The position numbers were made by a program, and so were the translations under genes. Below the pieces are notes generated by a model, which made no database searches, had not been told where the DNA came from, and saw only the letters and a list, made by a program, of their open reading frames with translations. Below are positions 50,115 to 60,509 of a stretch of DNA of 64,000 nt, one piece after another. Each line of letters begins with the position of its first letter. Position 1 is the first letter of the stretch. The stretch is from a candidate division BRC1 bacterium HGW-BRC1-1 (GTDB taxonomy: Bacteria > Sumerlaeota > Sumerlaeia > Sumerlaeales > Sumerlaeaceae): NCBI GenBank assembly GCA_002842095.1, contig PHCB01000006.1:206044-270043 (forward strand), written 5' to 3'.

Positions 50115-50182
50115 GGTCGGCGGGCCTCCTGTGGAATTTCTGATGCGTAATACAGAACTGCCTCTGTACTATTTAAGGTAAA

Positions 50183-50218
50183 ATGGGATTTATGGGATGT
50201 CTGGGAGTTATGAATTTC
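50183..50218 (+). repeat. 9-bp periodic repeat, ATGGGA variant (4 units)
   Basis: ATGGGAtttATGGGAtgtCTGGGAgttATGAATttc, in the iscA/gspE divergent region. Confidence 0.65.
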
Positions 50219-50450
50219 TCGACCTGGTTCAATTGCCATTTCACGGTCCATGGGGGAGCATACGGTTGAACCTTACCGTGTTGTGCAGGTTCCACCGACT
50301 TCAACCCCCGCCCGAGTGGTATGGTTTTTGATCAATGACTTCAGTGCGGAGATTTACTTTTCCGCTCCCGGATGCGCCGGGTTGGCTTCAGACCTCCGCT
50401 TCACCCGCGGCGCAATCGGGGCAGATGGCAGGATATGAGGATATGTTGCA

Positions 50451-52187
50451 ATGATGTTCGACACCGAAACTCAACTGGGCAAGGCGCTCGTAGCCAAGGG
50501 ATTGCTCGATACCGACAATCTCGAAATCGCCCTGCGCGAACACCACAAGTCCGGTGAGCGCCTCGGCGACGTGCTGGTAAAGATGAACCTCGCAACCGTC
50601 GACGATGTCCTCCACTGTCTGGCCGATCAACTGCAACTTCCCTTCGTGCGTCTGGGCGATATTCAGATTCCCAAGTCCGTCATCGAGCGCGTGCCTGCGA
50701 AACTCGTCAGCCACTACCACTGCGTGCCCATCGAGCAACACAACGGCTCCATTCGGGTCGCCGTGAGCGATCCCCTCGACGTCCACATGCTCGACGACCT
50801 GCGCTTCAACTTGAAGCTGGAGGTGGAGCCCGTGGTGGCTTCCCCCAAGGATATCGCCGCCGCCATTAACCGCTATTACGGCATCGGCGCGGCCACCATC
50901 GAGGAACTTGAAGAAGACCGCGGCGCGGAAACCACGCTGGATGTGGACCGTGGCATCGAGGACATCGACGAGATGGCCGAGGATGCGTCCATCGTCCGGT
51001 TCGTGAACCAGATCATCAAGGAGGCCATGGCCGACCGCGCGACCGACATTCACGTGGAGCCCTTCGAGCAGGAACTTCGCATCCGTTACCGCATCGACGG
51101 CATGCTCTACGAGGCGACGATCCCGCCGAGCATCAAGCGGTTCCAGAGCGCCATTATTTCGCGCATCAAGATCATGGCCGACATGAACATCGCCGAGCGC
51201 CGCCTGCCCCAGGACGGCAAGATCAAGGTGAAGATGGGCGAGAACGACTATGACTTGCGCGTGTCGACCCTGCCCACACCCTACGGCGAGTCCATCTCCA
51301 TCCGTATTCTTTCGCGCGACAGCGAGCTGATCTCCCTCGACCGTCTCGGCCTCGACGAGCACAATCTGCTGTTGCTGCGCCGGATGATCCAGAAGCCCCA
51401 CGGCATTCTTTTCGTCACCGGCCCCACCGGCTCGGGCAAAAGCACCACGCTGTACGCCGCCCTGAGCGAGATCAACCAGGTCGACAAAAAGATCATCACG
51501 GTGGAGGACCCCATCGAATATCGCATCTCCGGCGTGACGCAAACGCAGGTGAACGCGCAGATCGACCTGACCTTCGCCCGCGTGTTGCGCACCATGCTGC
51601 GCCAGGATCCCGACGTAATCATGGTGGGTGAGACCCGCGACCCGGAAACCGCCCAGGCCGCCATCCGTGCCGCCCTCACGGGCCACATGGTTTTCAGCAC
51701 GCTGCACACCAACGACGCCGCCGGCGCCGTGAGCCGCCTGCTCGACATGGGCATCGAACCGTTCCTCATCGCCAGTTCCGTGGAGGGCCTCATCGCCCAG
51801 CGCCTCGTGCGCGTGTTGTGCAAGATCTGCAAACAGTCCTTCCAGCCCGGCCCCGAGGTGCTCAACCGCCTGCGCCTGAACAAGCTCGAAACCGATGGAG
51901 CAGAGTTCATGAAGCCGGTCGGGTGCGAGAAGTGCCGCTACACGGGCTTCCGGGGGCGTACCGCAATTTATGAAATCATCAAAGTCGACGAAAACATGAA
52001 GCCCCTCATCGTCGACCGCAAACCTTCGAACGTATTGAAAGCCTCCGCCCTCGCAGCGGGAATGCGCACCATCCGGGAAGACGGCTGGTTCAAGGTGCGC
52101 GCCGGCATAACGACCATCGACGAAGTACTGCGCGTGACGATGGAAGACGAATTCGGCGGCGCTTCGTATGAGGACGCCCTTCAATGA
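50451..52187 (+). CDS. gspE: Type II secretion / type IV pilus assembly ATPase (GspE/PilB family)
   Basis: An N-terminal GspE_N-like domain is followed by Walker A GPTGSGKSTT. Asp and His boxes and a tetracysteine CKIC...CEKC are present. Confidence 0.9.
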   Translation: MMFDTETQLGKALVAKGLLDTDNLEIALREHHKSGERLGDVLVKMNLATVDDVLHCLADQLQLPFVRLGDIQIPKSVIERVPAKLVSHYHCVPIEQHNGSIRVAVSDPLDVHMLDDLRFNLKLEVEPVVASPKDIAAAINRYYGIGAATIEELEEDRGAETTLDVDRGIEDIDEMAEDASIVRFVNQIIKEAMADRATDIHVEPFEQELRIRYRIDGMLYEATIPPSIKRFQSAIISRIKIMADMNIAERRLPQDGKIKVKMGENDYDLRVSTLPTPYGESISIRILSRDSELISLDRLGLDEHNLLLLRRMIQKPHGILFVTGPTGSGKSTTLYAALSEINQVDKKIITVEDPIEYRISGVTQTQVNAQIDLTFARVLRTMLRQDPDVIMVGETRDPETAQAAIRAALTGHMVFSTLHTNDAAGAVSRLLDMGIEPFLIASSVEGLIAQRLVRVLCKICKQSFQPGPEVLNRLRLNKLETDGAEFMKPVGCEKCRYTGFRGRTAIYEIIKVDENMKPLIVDRKPSNVLKASALAAGMRTIREDGWFKVRAGITTIDEVLRVTMEDEFGGASYEDALQ

Positions 52188-52229
52188 TTCCAACCATGAC
52201 ACCAGCCCGCCGGGAGGCCCGCCGCTAAC

Positions 52230-53450
52230 GTGCCTTTGTTCAGTTACAAAGCCAAGGATTCCACCGGGCAGATCATCGCGGGCACCCTCGAGGCCGAATC
52301 GGTGACGCTCGTCACGTCGCGCCTTCAGGCGATGGGTTACTTCCCGGTTTCCATCGACAACGAATCGGCACGCAAAAAATCTCGCACCGGCGTGACCTTG
52401 CACCGCAAGGGGCGCGTGAAGGTGAACGATCTGGCCACCTTCAACCGCCAACTGGCCGATCTCCTCGGGTCGGGGATTCCGCTGGTGCGCGCACTGGGTG
52501 TCATCCAACACCAGACGACCAACCCGACGCTGACAGAGATCATCACCCAGATCACGCAGGACGTCTCGGGCGGCGATTCGCTGGCCGTGTCCATGGGCAA
52601 ACATCCGCGCGTTTTCAGCAAGCTGCACTGCGCCATGGTGAAGTCCGGCGAGGCCGGCGGCATGCTCGACACCATCCTCACACGACTGGCGGACTTCGCC
52701 GAAACGGAGGCCGAGCTTCGCGGCAAAATCAAAAGCGCACTGGCCTATCCCGCCGTCATGGTGTTCGCGGGCACGGGCGCAGTGATCATCATGATGACCG
52801 TCGTCATGCCGAAGATCACGCGCATTTACACCGAAATGAACCAGGCCCTCCCCGCGCCGACGCAAATCCTCATCAGCACCAACGCAATTCTCCAATCCTA
52901 TTGGTACATAATCCTCCTTGTCCTCGGCTCGGCATTTTTCATTTTCTGGCGCGCCATCCACACCGTTGAGGGCAAGCGCGCAGTGGATACTGCAATCATT
53001 CGCATCCCGTTGCTGGGCGCCCTCATCGTGAAAAAAGAAGTGGCCAACTTCGCCCGCACGCTCGGCTCACTGCTCCACAACGGTGTGTCCATCCTGCCCG
53101 CGCTGGAGATAACCCACGAGGTTTTGAACAACCGCGTGGTGGCCGACGAGGTGGCGAAGATTCCCGCCAATGTAACCCAGGGCGAGGGGATCGCCGCACC
53201 GTTGAAAAAGAGCACGGTGTTCCCTCCCGTGGTGGTGAACATGATCGCCATCGGCGAGGAAACCGGCCATCTCGACGACATATTAATGAAGGTGGCCCGC
53301 AGCTACGACATGGAAGTGGACCGCCAGATGAAAACGCTGACGAGCCTCATCGAGCCGATCATCATTCTGGCCATGGGTCTCGTGGTGGGTTTCATTGTGG
53401 TGGCAATGCTGCTGCCCATATTCTCCATCGATCCGGCGGCCGGCGGCTGA
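52230..53450 (+). CDS. gspF: Type II secretion system platform protein (GspF/PilC family)
   Basis: The MPLFSYKAKDSTGQ N-terminus, duplicated GspF domains and three TM helices are present. Confidence 0.85.
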   Translation: MPLFSYKAKDSTGQIIAGTLEAESVTLVTSRLQAMGYFPVSIDNESARKKSRTGVTLHRKGRVKVNDLATFNRQLADLLGSGIPLVRALGVIQHQTTNPTLTEIITQITQDVSGGDSLAVSMGKHPRVFSKLHCAMVKSGEAGGMLDTILTRLADFAETEAELRGKIKSALAYPAVMVFAGTGAVIIMMTVVMPKITRIYTEMNQALPAPTQILISTNAILQSYWYIILLVLGSAFFIFWRAIHTVEGKRAVDTAIIRIPLLGALIVKKEVANFARTLGSLLHNGVSILPALEITHEVLNNRVVADEVAKIPANVTQGEGIAAPLKKSTVFPPVVVNMIAIGEETGHLDDILMKVARSYDMEVDRQMKTLTSLIEPIIILAMGLVVGFIVVAMLLPIFSIDPAAGG

Positions 53451-54034
53451 TGCGGCTTCGCGACATAGCATTCCGCAGACGGTTTGCGCGCAAATCCCGG
53501 CGCGCCATGACCCTGCTGGAAATCCTCGTCGTGATGACCGTCATGGCCATACTCATGGCCATCGCCTTCCCCAGCATGCGCGGCATGAACGACCACAACA
53601 AGCTGCGCGCCACGGCCCGCGAGATTGTCGCGCTGTCGAAGTATGCGCGCAACGAGGCGGTGTTCGGCGAGCGGCGGACACAGATCTTTCTCGACGTGGC
53701 CAAGCGCGAATTCTGGCTGGACCTGCGCACGCCCGACGCCAAAACCGGCGAATACCGCACGGGGAAAAATAAAAACCAGTTCGAGCAACGACGCACGCTG
53801 AACAAGGATATCTGGTTCGACGAGGTGACGACGCTCGATCGCAACGTGATCCGCGACAAGGTCATCGCGCTGGATTTCTTCCCCGATGGCACCGCCTCTC
53901 CGGCCATGATCACGCTGACGAACAAGGCGGAAAAGCGCATGACCGTTGAACTGCTGAAGGGCAGCGGCATGGCCGAGGTAACACCGGGCTCCATCGCCGA
54001 CAAACAGGAACGCGCCGCCGAGGGCGAACGATGA
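53450..54034 (+). CDS. Pseudopilin (GspH-like), prepilin-type N-terminal helix
   Basis: A basic leader is followed by MTLLEILVVMTVMAIL. Confidence 0.6.
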   Translation: MRLRDIAFRRRFARKSRRAMTLLEILVVMTVMAILMAIAFPSMRGMNDHNKLRATAREIVALSKYARNEAVFGERRTQIFLDVAKREFWLDLRTPDAKTGEYRTGKNKNQFEQRRTLNKDIWFDEVTTLDRNVIRDKVIALDFFPDGTASPAMITLTNKAEKRMTVELLKGSGMAEVTPGSIADKQERAAEGER

Positions 54035-54531
54035 TGCGCCTCCATCGTCCACGCCGCCGACGCGCAGGGTTCGTGCTGCTCGAAGTGCTCGTTTCCATGG
54101 TGATCCTCGGCATCTCCGTGGCCACGCTCATGCGCTCCTTTACCATGTCGCTGCAGGCCCTGCGCACCAACCAGATTGTGCACCAGGCCACGGTGCTGGC
54201 CGACCAGCTTGTGGCCGACCTCGAACTGGCGCCCCCCACGCAATCGAGTTCGGAGGGAAGCTTCGAAGAGCAGGGCTACCCGAACTTTTCGTGGAGCATG
54301 CGCTACGAGGAAACGGAGCCACGCTACCGCTCCGCCACCACGAAGAACAAAGTTAAACTGCGCCCTCTGCGCCATGCCCTGGTGAAACTCACCTACGACG
54401 ACGGCCGGCGGAAACGCTGGGTGCCCCTGTCGGTGGATGTGTACCTACAGCCCATCGAGCGCTGGAGCTATCAGTCGAAATTCTTCAACGAACTCTTCAA
54501 AGAGGAACCCGAGGGAGGAGGCCGCCGATGA
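54031..54531 (+). CDS. Pseudopilin (GspI-like)
   Basis: RRRRAG|FVLLEVLVSMVIL is a prepilin cleavage/methylation motif. Confidence 0.6.
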   Translation: MMRLHRPRRRRAGFVLLEVLVSMVILGISVATLMRSFTMSLQALRTNQIVHQATVLADQLVADLELAPPTQSSSEGSFEEQGYPNFSWSMRYEETEPRYRSATTKNKVKLRPLRHALVKLTYDDGRRKRWVPLSVDVYLQPIERWSYQSKFFNELFKEEPEGGGRR

Positions 54532-55556
54532 TCCTCCGCCGCCGCCCCGCCAAAGGCTTCACCCTCATCGAACTGATGGTCGCCATGGTGATTTTCACGC
54601 TCGTCATGTCGTCGGTCTTCATCTCGTTTCGAACCGCGGTGTCCAGCTACGACCTCGGCATCATCACCAGCGAGCGTGGCCAGACGGAACGCTACGCCAC
54701 CACCGTGCTCACCAACGACCTGCGCAACGCCTACTACCTCAGCCCGTCGCGCTACAACATCACGCGCCGCCAGAAGGAAAACATGGCCATGCAGCAGGAG
54801 GCGCGCCTGCTCAAGAGCTCTTCAACCCGCGACACCGAAAGCGACAATTCGCTGCTGGATGATCTGCCGCCTCCCATCGATCTCAACTTCCGTGCCATGG
54901 ACAACGGCGAGACCGACGAGATTTCCTTCGTGCGCCGCCAGGGCATGAACTACAACGAAGACCGCATGCCGTGGGGCCTTGAGCGCCTCCGCTACTTCAT
55001 ACAAGACGGCGCGTTGTATCGCAGCATCGACGACGTGAGGGGCGCCGAGACCGACGAATACGGCAACCCCATCCCCAAGGAAATCCCCCCGCGCGTGGAA
55101 AAAATCGGCACGAACGTGAAGGGGATCGACTTCAAGTTCGGTTACTGGTACGATAAAGAATGGCTGACCGCCACCGACTGGGACAGCAATTCGCCGCGCT
55201 ACCGCAACCCCGTCACCGAGGACTCGGAACAGGACCAGACCAACGAAGAGACGCTGCCCGACTCGCAGTCCGCGCTGTTGAAACAGCAGGAAATGGAGCA
55301 GCGGGTGGATGACATGCCCTCCTGGGTGGAAATCACCTACGAGTTTGCCAACCCCGCCAAGCCCGACGCGGTCACGAAAATCCGGCAGGTGGTGATGCTG
55401 CCCCAGGCCCAGGAAACGTATGTCCCCGAGGAAATTTTCGAAGAAAGCTCAAAGCTGCAGCGCATGAAGCAGGAAGGCGGCGAAAAGAGCGACGCCCGCC
55501 CCAACGATCGCCGTCCCTCGCGCTCATCCGGCGGCGGAAAGTCGACCCGCCAATGA
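54528..55556 (+). CDS. Pseudopilin (GspJ-like, enlarged)
   Basis: The KGFTLIELMVAMVIF motif is present. 342 aa with an acidic, Gln-rich tail. Confidence 0.6.
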   Translation: MILRRRPAKGFTLIELMVAMVIFTLVMSSVFISFRTAVSSYDLGIITSERGQTERYATTVLTNDLRNAYYLSPSRYNITRRQKENMAMQQEARLLKSSSTRDTESDNSLLDDLPPPIDLNFRAMDNGETDEISFVRRQGMNYNEDRMPWGLERLRYFIQDGALYRSIDDVRGAETDEYGNPIPKEIPPRVEKIGTNVKGIDFKFGYWYDKEWLTATDWDSNSPRYRNPVTEDSEQDQTNEETLPDSQSALLKQQEMEQRVDDMPSWVEITYEFANPAKPDAVTKIRQVVMLPQAQETYVPEEIFEESSKLQRMKQEGGEKSDARPNDRRPSRSSGGGKSTRQ

Positions 55557-56881
55557 CATTCTTCGCGCCCCGATTTGCGCGCCGCCGCCGCGCCCTCGTG
55601 CTTGTGCTGGTCCTCTGGCTCATCGTGGTCATGGGCGTCATCGCCACCAGCCTCGCCTACGAGGTGCAGGTGAACTCGAAGCTCGCGCTCATCCAGAAAC
55701 GCCAGTTCGTCGCCCACACACTGGCCCGCAGCGCCATCGCCATCGGCATGACGCACCTGCAAAATGACATCCTCATGGACCGCGAAGAAGACCCCCAGCA
55801 GATGTTCGATGCCTATTGCGACGTGTGGGCCCAGCCCGACCGCAAGGAGAAGGAAATCGAAGTCAAGATGGGCGAGGGGACCTACGAACTCGAAGTGAAC
55901 GACGAAGAGGGGAAACTGAACCTCAACTTCGCCAACCAGAAAGTGATGAAGGCGATGCTCCTCCTGTACGACTACGACGAGGATGATGCCGAAATGATCG
56001 CCAACGCGCTGGTGGATTTCCGCGACCCCGACGACATGTCGCTGGGCGAGGCGGGCACACCCGAAGACGAATACTACAGCGGTTTGCTGGGCCAGCGTTT
56101 CACGCAAATTGGCGACACTTCCGAGGCGCCCATTTACACCTGCCCCAACGAAAACTATCTGACCACCGACCAGTTGCTGGACGTGTTCGGCATAGAGCCG
56201 GAGGTTTACTACGGCTTCGATCCCGCGTCCGAGGAGGCGAAAGAACTGCGCATCCGTAACGAAATAGCCGCGGGCCGCACGCCGGTGGTGCGCAAAGAGC
56301 GCAGCCGCAAGGGCGAACTCAGCCCCCTGCGCGACATCCTGACGGTGCACGGCTCCGGCAAGGTGAACATCAACACCGCGCCCGAGGAAGTACTGACCAT
56401 CCTGTTTTATGCGGGCAACGACCTGGGCGATCTTCCCGCCGCCCGCTCCGCCGCCGAGGCGGTGGTGAAGGCCCGCGGGTCCGACCGACGCGGCAGCAGC
56501 CCCCGCGCCGACGACGCCTTCAAATCCGCCGCCGATCTGGCGAAAATCCCCGGCGTTAACGTCGGCGCGCTGACTCAGGGCGGAGGCGGCGCCGGCGGCG
56601 GCGCGATCCAACTGGCTTTCCGATCCGAGACTTTTTCCGTGACAGGAATCGGACGCGTCGGAAGCATCAAAAAAACCATCACCACTCTCGTGTCACGCAC
56701 CCTCGACACGTACAACCCCGACGATGCCCGGCTGACGAACACCGACAAGGGTTTCAGGGCGGGGCGGCGCGGGGGCGGTTTCGCAAACAGGAAACGCACG
56801 GTCTCTACCCGAGGGAAAAAGGGCGAGGACGACAATTTTATCCGCATTCCGGCTATCCGGGTGCTGCAGTGGACGGAATAA
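55553..56881 (+). CDS. GspK-like minor pseudopilin
   Basis: An N-terminal hydrophobic helix LVLVLWLIVVMGVIA is followed by a tandem HhH region (VNINTAPEEVL). Confidence 0.6.
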   Translation: MTFFAPRFARRRRALVLVLVLWLIVVMGVIATSLAYEVQVNSKLALIQKRQFVAHTLARSAIAIGMTHLQNDILMDREEDPQQMFDAYCDVWAQPDRKEKEIEVKMGEGTYELEVNDEEGKLNLNFANQKVMKAMLLLYDYDEDDAEMIANALVDFRDPDDMSLGEAGTPEDEYYSGLLGQRFTQIGDTSEAPIYTCPNENYLTTDQLLDVFGIEPEVYYGFDPASEEAKELRIRNEIAAGRTPVVRKERSRKGELSPLRDILTVHGSGKVNINTAPEEVLTILFYAGNDLGDLPAARSAAEAVVKARGSDRRGSSPRADDAFKSAADLAKIPGVNVGALTQGGGGAGGGAIQLAFRSETFSVTGIGRVGSIKKTITTLVSRTLDTYNPDDARLTNTDKGFRAGRRGGGFANRKRTVSTRGKKGEDDNFIRIPAIRVLQWTE

Positions 56882-56893
56882 CGGAAACCATTT

Positions 56894-58831
56894 ATGCCAA
56901 CCATCACGGCCATTGAATTTACACATGCTGAATGCCGCGTTGCACTTGCCGAAACGGGCAAGGGCAAGCCGGCCCTGAAACATCTTTTTGCCTTCGCCAT
57001 ACCACGCCCCGAGGACCTCGCCGAGCGCGTGGAAAAGCGTGCGGCTCTGCTGCGCGATGCGCTCAAAAACCACAAGATCAAACCCGGTCGCGTGCGTGTG
57101 CTCATCCCCAAGAACGAAGTCATGGCCCGCATGGTGACTCTGCCCGGAACCACCGAGGCGGAACTCAACAGCATGGCCCGCTTCGAGGCCGAGCGCCACA
57201 TCCCCTTCAACCCCGAACGCCACATCGTGTCGCACCACGTTCTCTCGCACCTCGGCGTGCAGGGCAGCCAGGTGCTGCTGACCGCCGTGGACCTGCCCGT
57301 GGCGAAGGAATATCTCGACACCTGCACCGCCGCCGGCCTCACCGTGGAACAGCTTGGCGTGGCGTCGCTCTCCATGTTCAACGCCCTCTCGGCCTTCAAA
57401 GACGCCGAGATTGCCGACAAGGTGGTGGCGCTGGTGAACGTGGGCATGAACTCCACGGACTTCATCATCGCCAGCAATGGCATCCTCAACTTCACCCGCA
57501 GCAGCAGTGCGGGCATCGCGCGTCTCATGGCCGACCTGGAGGAGGCCGGCACTCCCCTGCCCGGTGGCATCCAGAGCCTCAACCTCATCGACGCGCAGGA
57601 ACCCACCCGTTTCTTCCGTCCCTCGGCGGCTGCTGCTGCATCCGCCCCCGCCGCGCCTCCCATGGATCCTTACGACAGCATCTACGACATGCCGAGCATC
57701 CAGATCGAGGGCGACACCATCATCACCGGCTCCGGCGTTGAACCCGCGTCGAAGCCCGCGCCCCCCGCCGACCCCGGCACCGCCGCCTTCAATGACTGGC
57801 TCCAGCGTCTCATGCAGGAAATCCGGCGGACCTACGAATACGCCCGCCGCGAATTCAACTGCCCGCCCATCAGCGAGTTTTACTTCACCGGCGAGGGCAC
57901 CCTGCTGCGCAACCTCGCGCCCGTGGTGGAGCAAGCCCTGTCCACCACTTCCATCGCCATCGATCCGACCATCGCCTTCGACGTCCCCCCGCGCCTCGAT
58001 CCGGAAATCGCGCTCCTGCGCCCCTCCGCCGCGGCCCTGGCGGGCCAGTTCATGCAGGCCGGAACCCACACCGTTCAAGTCAACCTGCTGCCCCCCGAAT
58101 ACATGGAGAAGCGCGCCAACAAACGCCAGCAGCAGAGTCTCATCGTCAGCGCGGTCATGCTCGTGGTTTTGCTGGTGTTGCTCTTCCTCTGGGCATCCGA
58201 CGCCGTAACACGCCAGCGTGAAGGACTCGTGCTGCTCAAAGACAAAAACCGCGACATGAAAACCCAGGTCGACGAACTCGAATCCATGAAGAGCCGCCTG
58301 CAAATCATGGAGAAATCCTTCAAGGACAGCCACAGCGCCCTCAAGATTCTCGACGACATCAGCGGGCTGGCGATGATCCCCGAGACCATCACCCTCACCC
58401 GGTTTGAGTACAAGAAAGACGACGAAGTCAAAATCCAGGGCCACGCCAAAACCTTCGCCGACATCAATCGCTTCCGCATGGAGCTCGAAAAGATGGGCTT
58501 CTTCAGCGAGGTTAAACAGGACGAGGGCAGCGGCAAGCCGCGCGTGCTGCAGCGGCGCACGGAACCGATCTTCGAGTTCTTCATGACGGCGAAATTCGCC
58601 AAGGGCAACGCCCGCAACCAACGCACCAGCGACCGAAGCTCCACGCGCGATGAAACCAGCGCGCCCACCGACGAGAACCCGGTTAATGAAGGAGCAGAAG
58701 CCGCGGCCCCCACCGAACCGACCGTCGTCGATGAGGGTGGCGACCTCGAAACCACCGCGGGCGATGCCGCCGACACACCCGAACCACCCGCAGAAAACCC
58801 GGCCGAGGAGACCACCAATGGCGCTCAGTAA
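56894..58831 (+). CDS. GspL-like assembly protein (PilM-like cytoplasmic actin-fold domain + TM + PilN-like coiled-coil periplasmic domain, acidic tail)
   Basis: The domain order matches GspL, with the LLPPEYMEKRANKRQQQSLIVSAVMLVVLLVLLFL TM anchor. Confidence 0.55.
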   Translation: MPTITAIEFTHAECRVALAETGKGKPALKHLFAFAIPRPEDLAERVEKRAALLRDALKNHKIKPGRVRVLIPKNEVMARMVTLPGTTEAELNSMARFEAERHIPFNPERHIVSHHVLSHLGVQGSQVLLTAVDLPVAKEYLDTCTAAGLTVEQLGVASLSMFNALSAFKDAEIADKVVALVNVGMNSTDFIIASNGILNFTRSSSAGIARLMADLEEAGTPLPGGIQSLNLIDAQEPTRFFRPSAAAAASAPAAPPMDPYDSIYDMPSIQIEGDTIITGSGVEPASKPAPPADPGTAAFNDWLQRLMQEIRRTYEYARREFNCPPISEFYFTGEGTLLRNLAPVVEQALSTTSIAIDPTIAFDVPPRLDPEIALLRPSAAALAGQFMQAGTHTVQVNLLPPEYMEKRANKRQQQSLIVSAVMLVVLLVLLFLWASDAVTRQREGLVLLKDKNRDMKTQVDELESMKSRLQIMEKSFKDSHSALKILDDISGLAMIPETITLTRFEYKKDDEVKIQGHAKTFADINRFRMELEKMGFFSEVKQDEGSGKPRVLQRRTEPIFEFFMTAKFAKGNARNQRTSDRSSTRDETSAPTDENPVNEGAEAAAPTEPTVVDEGGDLETTAGDAADTPEPPAENPAEETTNGAQ

Positions 58832-59417
58832 ACGTGAGATGAAAATTCTATGGCTCACGGGCATTGTCGTGGCCGGCGTTACCCTGTGGCAGACCGTCCT
58901 CGGCCCATCCTGGGACGCCTACACCGGCCAGCAAGAAGCCCTCGACAGCGAGCGCGCCAAGTACAACGCCAACGTGGAAACGCTGAACAAGCGCCGCGAG
59001 ATCGAGGACGGGTTCCGCAAGATCGAAGCCTCCTTCCCCAAGGAAGACCCCGACCGTGTGCCCGAGGACGCCTTCTCCGAAGACGCCATGTTCGCCGCCC
59101 AAACCATCCTGCCGGGCCGCGTGCCCCAACCCGGACGCGTGGAACGCGAAGAAATTCCCGACGTGGAAGATTACGAAATTCTCACCTTCCCCATCACCTC
59201 CGTGGGCGAGCTGGAGAACATCGCCCTGCTGCTCAAAGGCTTCGACCAGAAAGGTTTCCTCGTGAAAAACCTCATGATCACCCATGCCAAATCCATCGAT
59301 GATCCGGACCTGCGCCTCGAAATAACCCTCGCCCGCATCGTCAAAGTGGATCAACCCGAGATGCGCCCCAGCGGCCTGGGATTACGCCGCGGAACCCGGT
59401 CAGGAGTGCGCCCGTGA
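58818..59417 (+). CDS. GspM/PilO-like inner-membrane protein
   Basis: An N-terminal TM helix is followed by a coiled coil. The start overlaps the upstream stop. Confidence 0.5.
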   Translation: MALSKREMKILWLTGIVVAGVTLWQTVLGPSWDAYTGQQEALDSERAKYNANVETLNKRREIEDGFRKIEASFPKEDPDRVPEDAFSEDAMFAAQTILPGRVPQPGRVEREEIPDVEDYEILTFPITSVGELENIALLLKGFDQKGFLVKNLMITHAKSIDDPDLRLEITLARIVKVDQPEMRPSGLGLRRGTRSGVRP

Positions 59418-59935
59418 ATCGTCAGAGCCTCATCATAAACCTCACCCTGTTGCTCGCCATCATCGGTGTGACGTACCTCATCTACACCGCCCCCGAAGAA
59501 CAGGAAAAGCTGCCCACGCCCATCACCATGGCAGCAGCCCCGCCGCGCGAAACCAATTTCGACCCCGAAAGCGTGCGTAACACATACACCAATTTCGGCG
59601 AGGCCAAGCTCTACCAGGCCATCATGACCCCCACGCCCACGCCCACGCCACCACCGCCACCGCCCGAGAAAACGCCCGACATCCACAACGCGCTGAAGGC
59701 CTGGCGCCTTATGGGAGCCGGCGACGGCGAGGCAACCATCGAAGACCGCGGCGCCAAGGAAGACAGCGACCAACGCATCTTTTTCATGAAGGTTGGCGAG
59801 GAACGAGAAGTGAACACCGAAGTCGGCGGCAAAAAAGCCAAGCTCTCGAAAATCGACCAATCCGGCGACGTCCCCGCCGTGGAATTCACCATGGAAGGCA
59901 GCGCCGAAACCAAAAAGGTGAAGATGGAATTCTAG
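59414..59935 (+). CDS. GspC/PilP-like TM-anchored protein with Pro-rich linker
   Basis: An N-terminal TM helix, the linker TPTPTPTPPPPPP and a C-terminal beta domain. It is translationally coupled to the upstream gene. Confidence 0.4.
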   Translation: MNRQSLIINLTLLLAIIGVTYLIYTAPEEQEKLPTPITMAAAPPRETNFDPESVRNTYTNFGEAKLYQAIMTPTPTPTPPPPPPEKTPDIHNALKAWRLMGAGDGEATIEDRGAKEDSDQRIFFMKVGEEREVNTEVGGKKAKLSKIDQSGDVPAVEFTMEGSAETKKVKMEF

Positions 59936-59950
59936 CGTGGGCTTTTACAG

Positions 59951-59974
59951 GAGGGGGACATTCCTGTCCCCCTC
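59951..59974 (+). terminator. GC-rich terminator hairpin after the T2SS-like operon
   Basis: GAGGGGGACA-ttcc-TGTCCCCCTC is a perfect 10-bp stem. There is no clear U-tract. Confidence 0.5.
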
Positions 59975-60509
59975 GTCTGTCACAGGTTATGGACTTGTGG
60001 CTGCTGGTCGCGGCTCTCTCCCACTGCCCCCTCTCCTATCTCCAACCACAAACCCCGCCTTCGCGAGCACATAAATCCACAACGGCTGAATGAACGGTCG
60101 AATTTCTAACTGCAAGGCTAAATTAATAGTTGCAGGCTCACCCTTTTACACGGTAACTCTGTGTACGAACGCGATTAAGCACCACACCCATCGCGCTCGA
60201 AATCCGAATTTGATTCAAGGCCCCGCAAGAAGGAGGATCAACACCCTCTCGAAACCGCGCAACGCGCCCCGGCCGCCTCAGTGGACAGGGACGCCTCGCT
60301 ACCCGTTCGTTTCGAGATCGTGAAAAATGTAACAGGCGAACCGAACCGCTGTGACCCCGACGCCGGGTAGATCAGGGGAAAAAATCTCCCCGACGACGAC
60401 GCCACAATCTTCACCCCCCGCTCTTCGGCCCCGCCAGAAACCATAAGCCCTCCATGCAGGCTTGGAACTTCCGTGTGCCACTTAAAAACCGGACCACCCA
60501 CAGAACCGA

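Noticed and set aside
50388-52961. 857-aa ORF on the minus strand
   Set aside because: It is antisense to gspE and gspF, which have Walker A and Asp/His boxes. It is Gly/Ala/Arg/His-rich.
56693-58864. 723-aa ORF on the minus strand, plus 55337..56611 and 56575..57663
   Set aside because: They are antisense to the gspK/gspL-like genes in a co-directional, translationally coupled operon.
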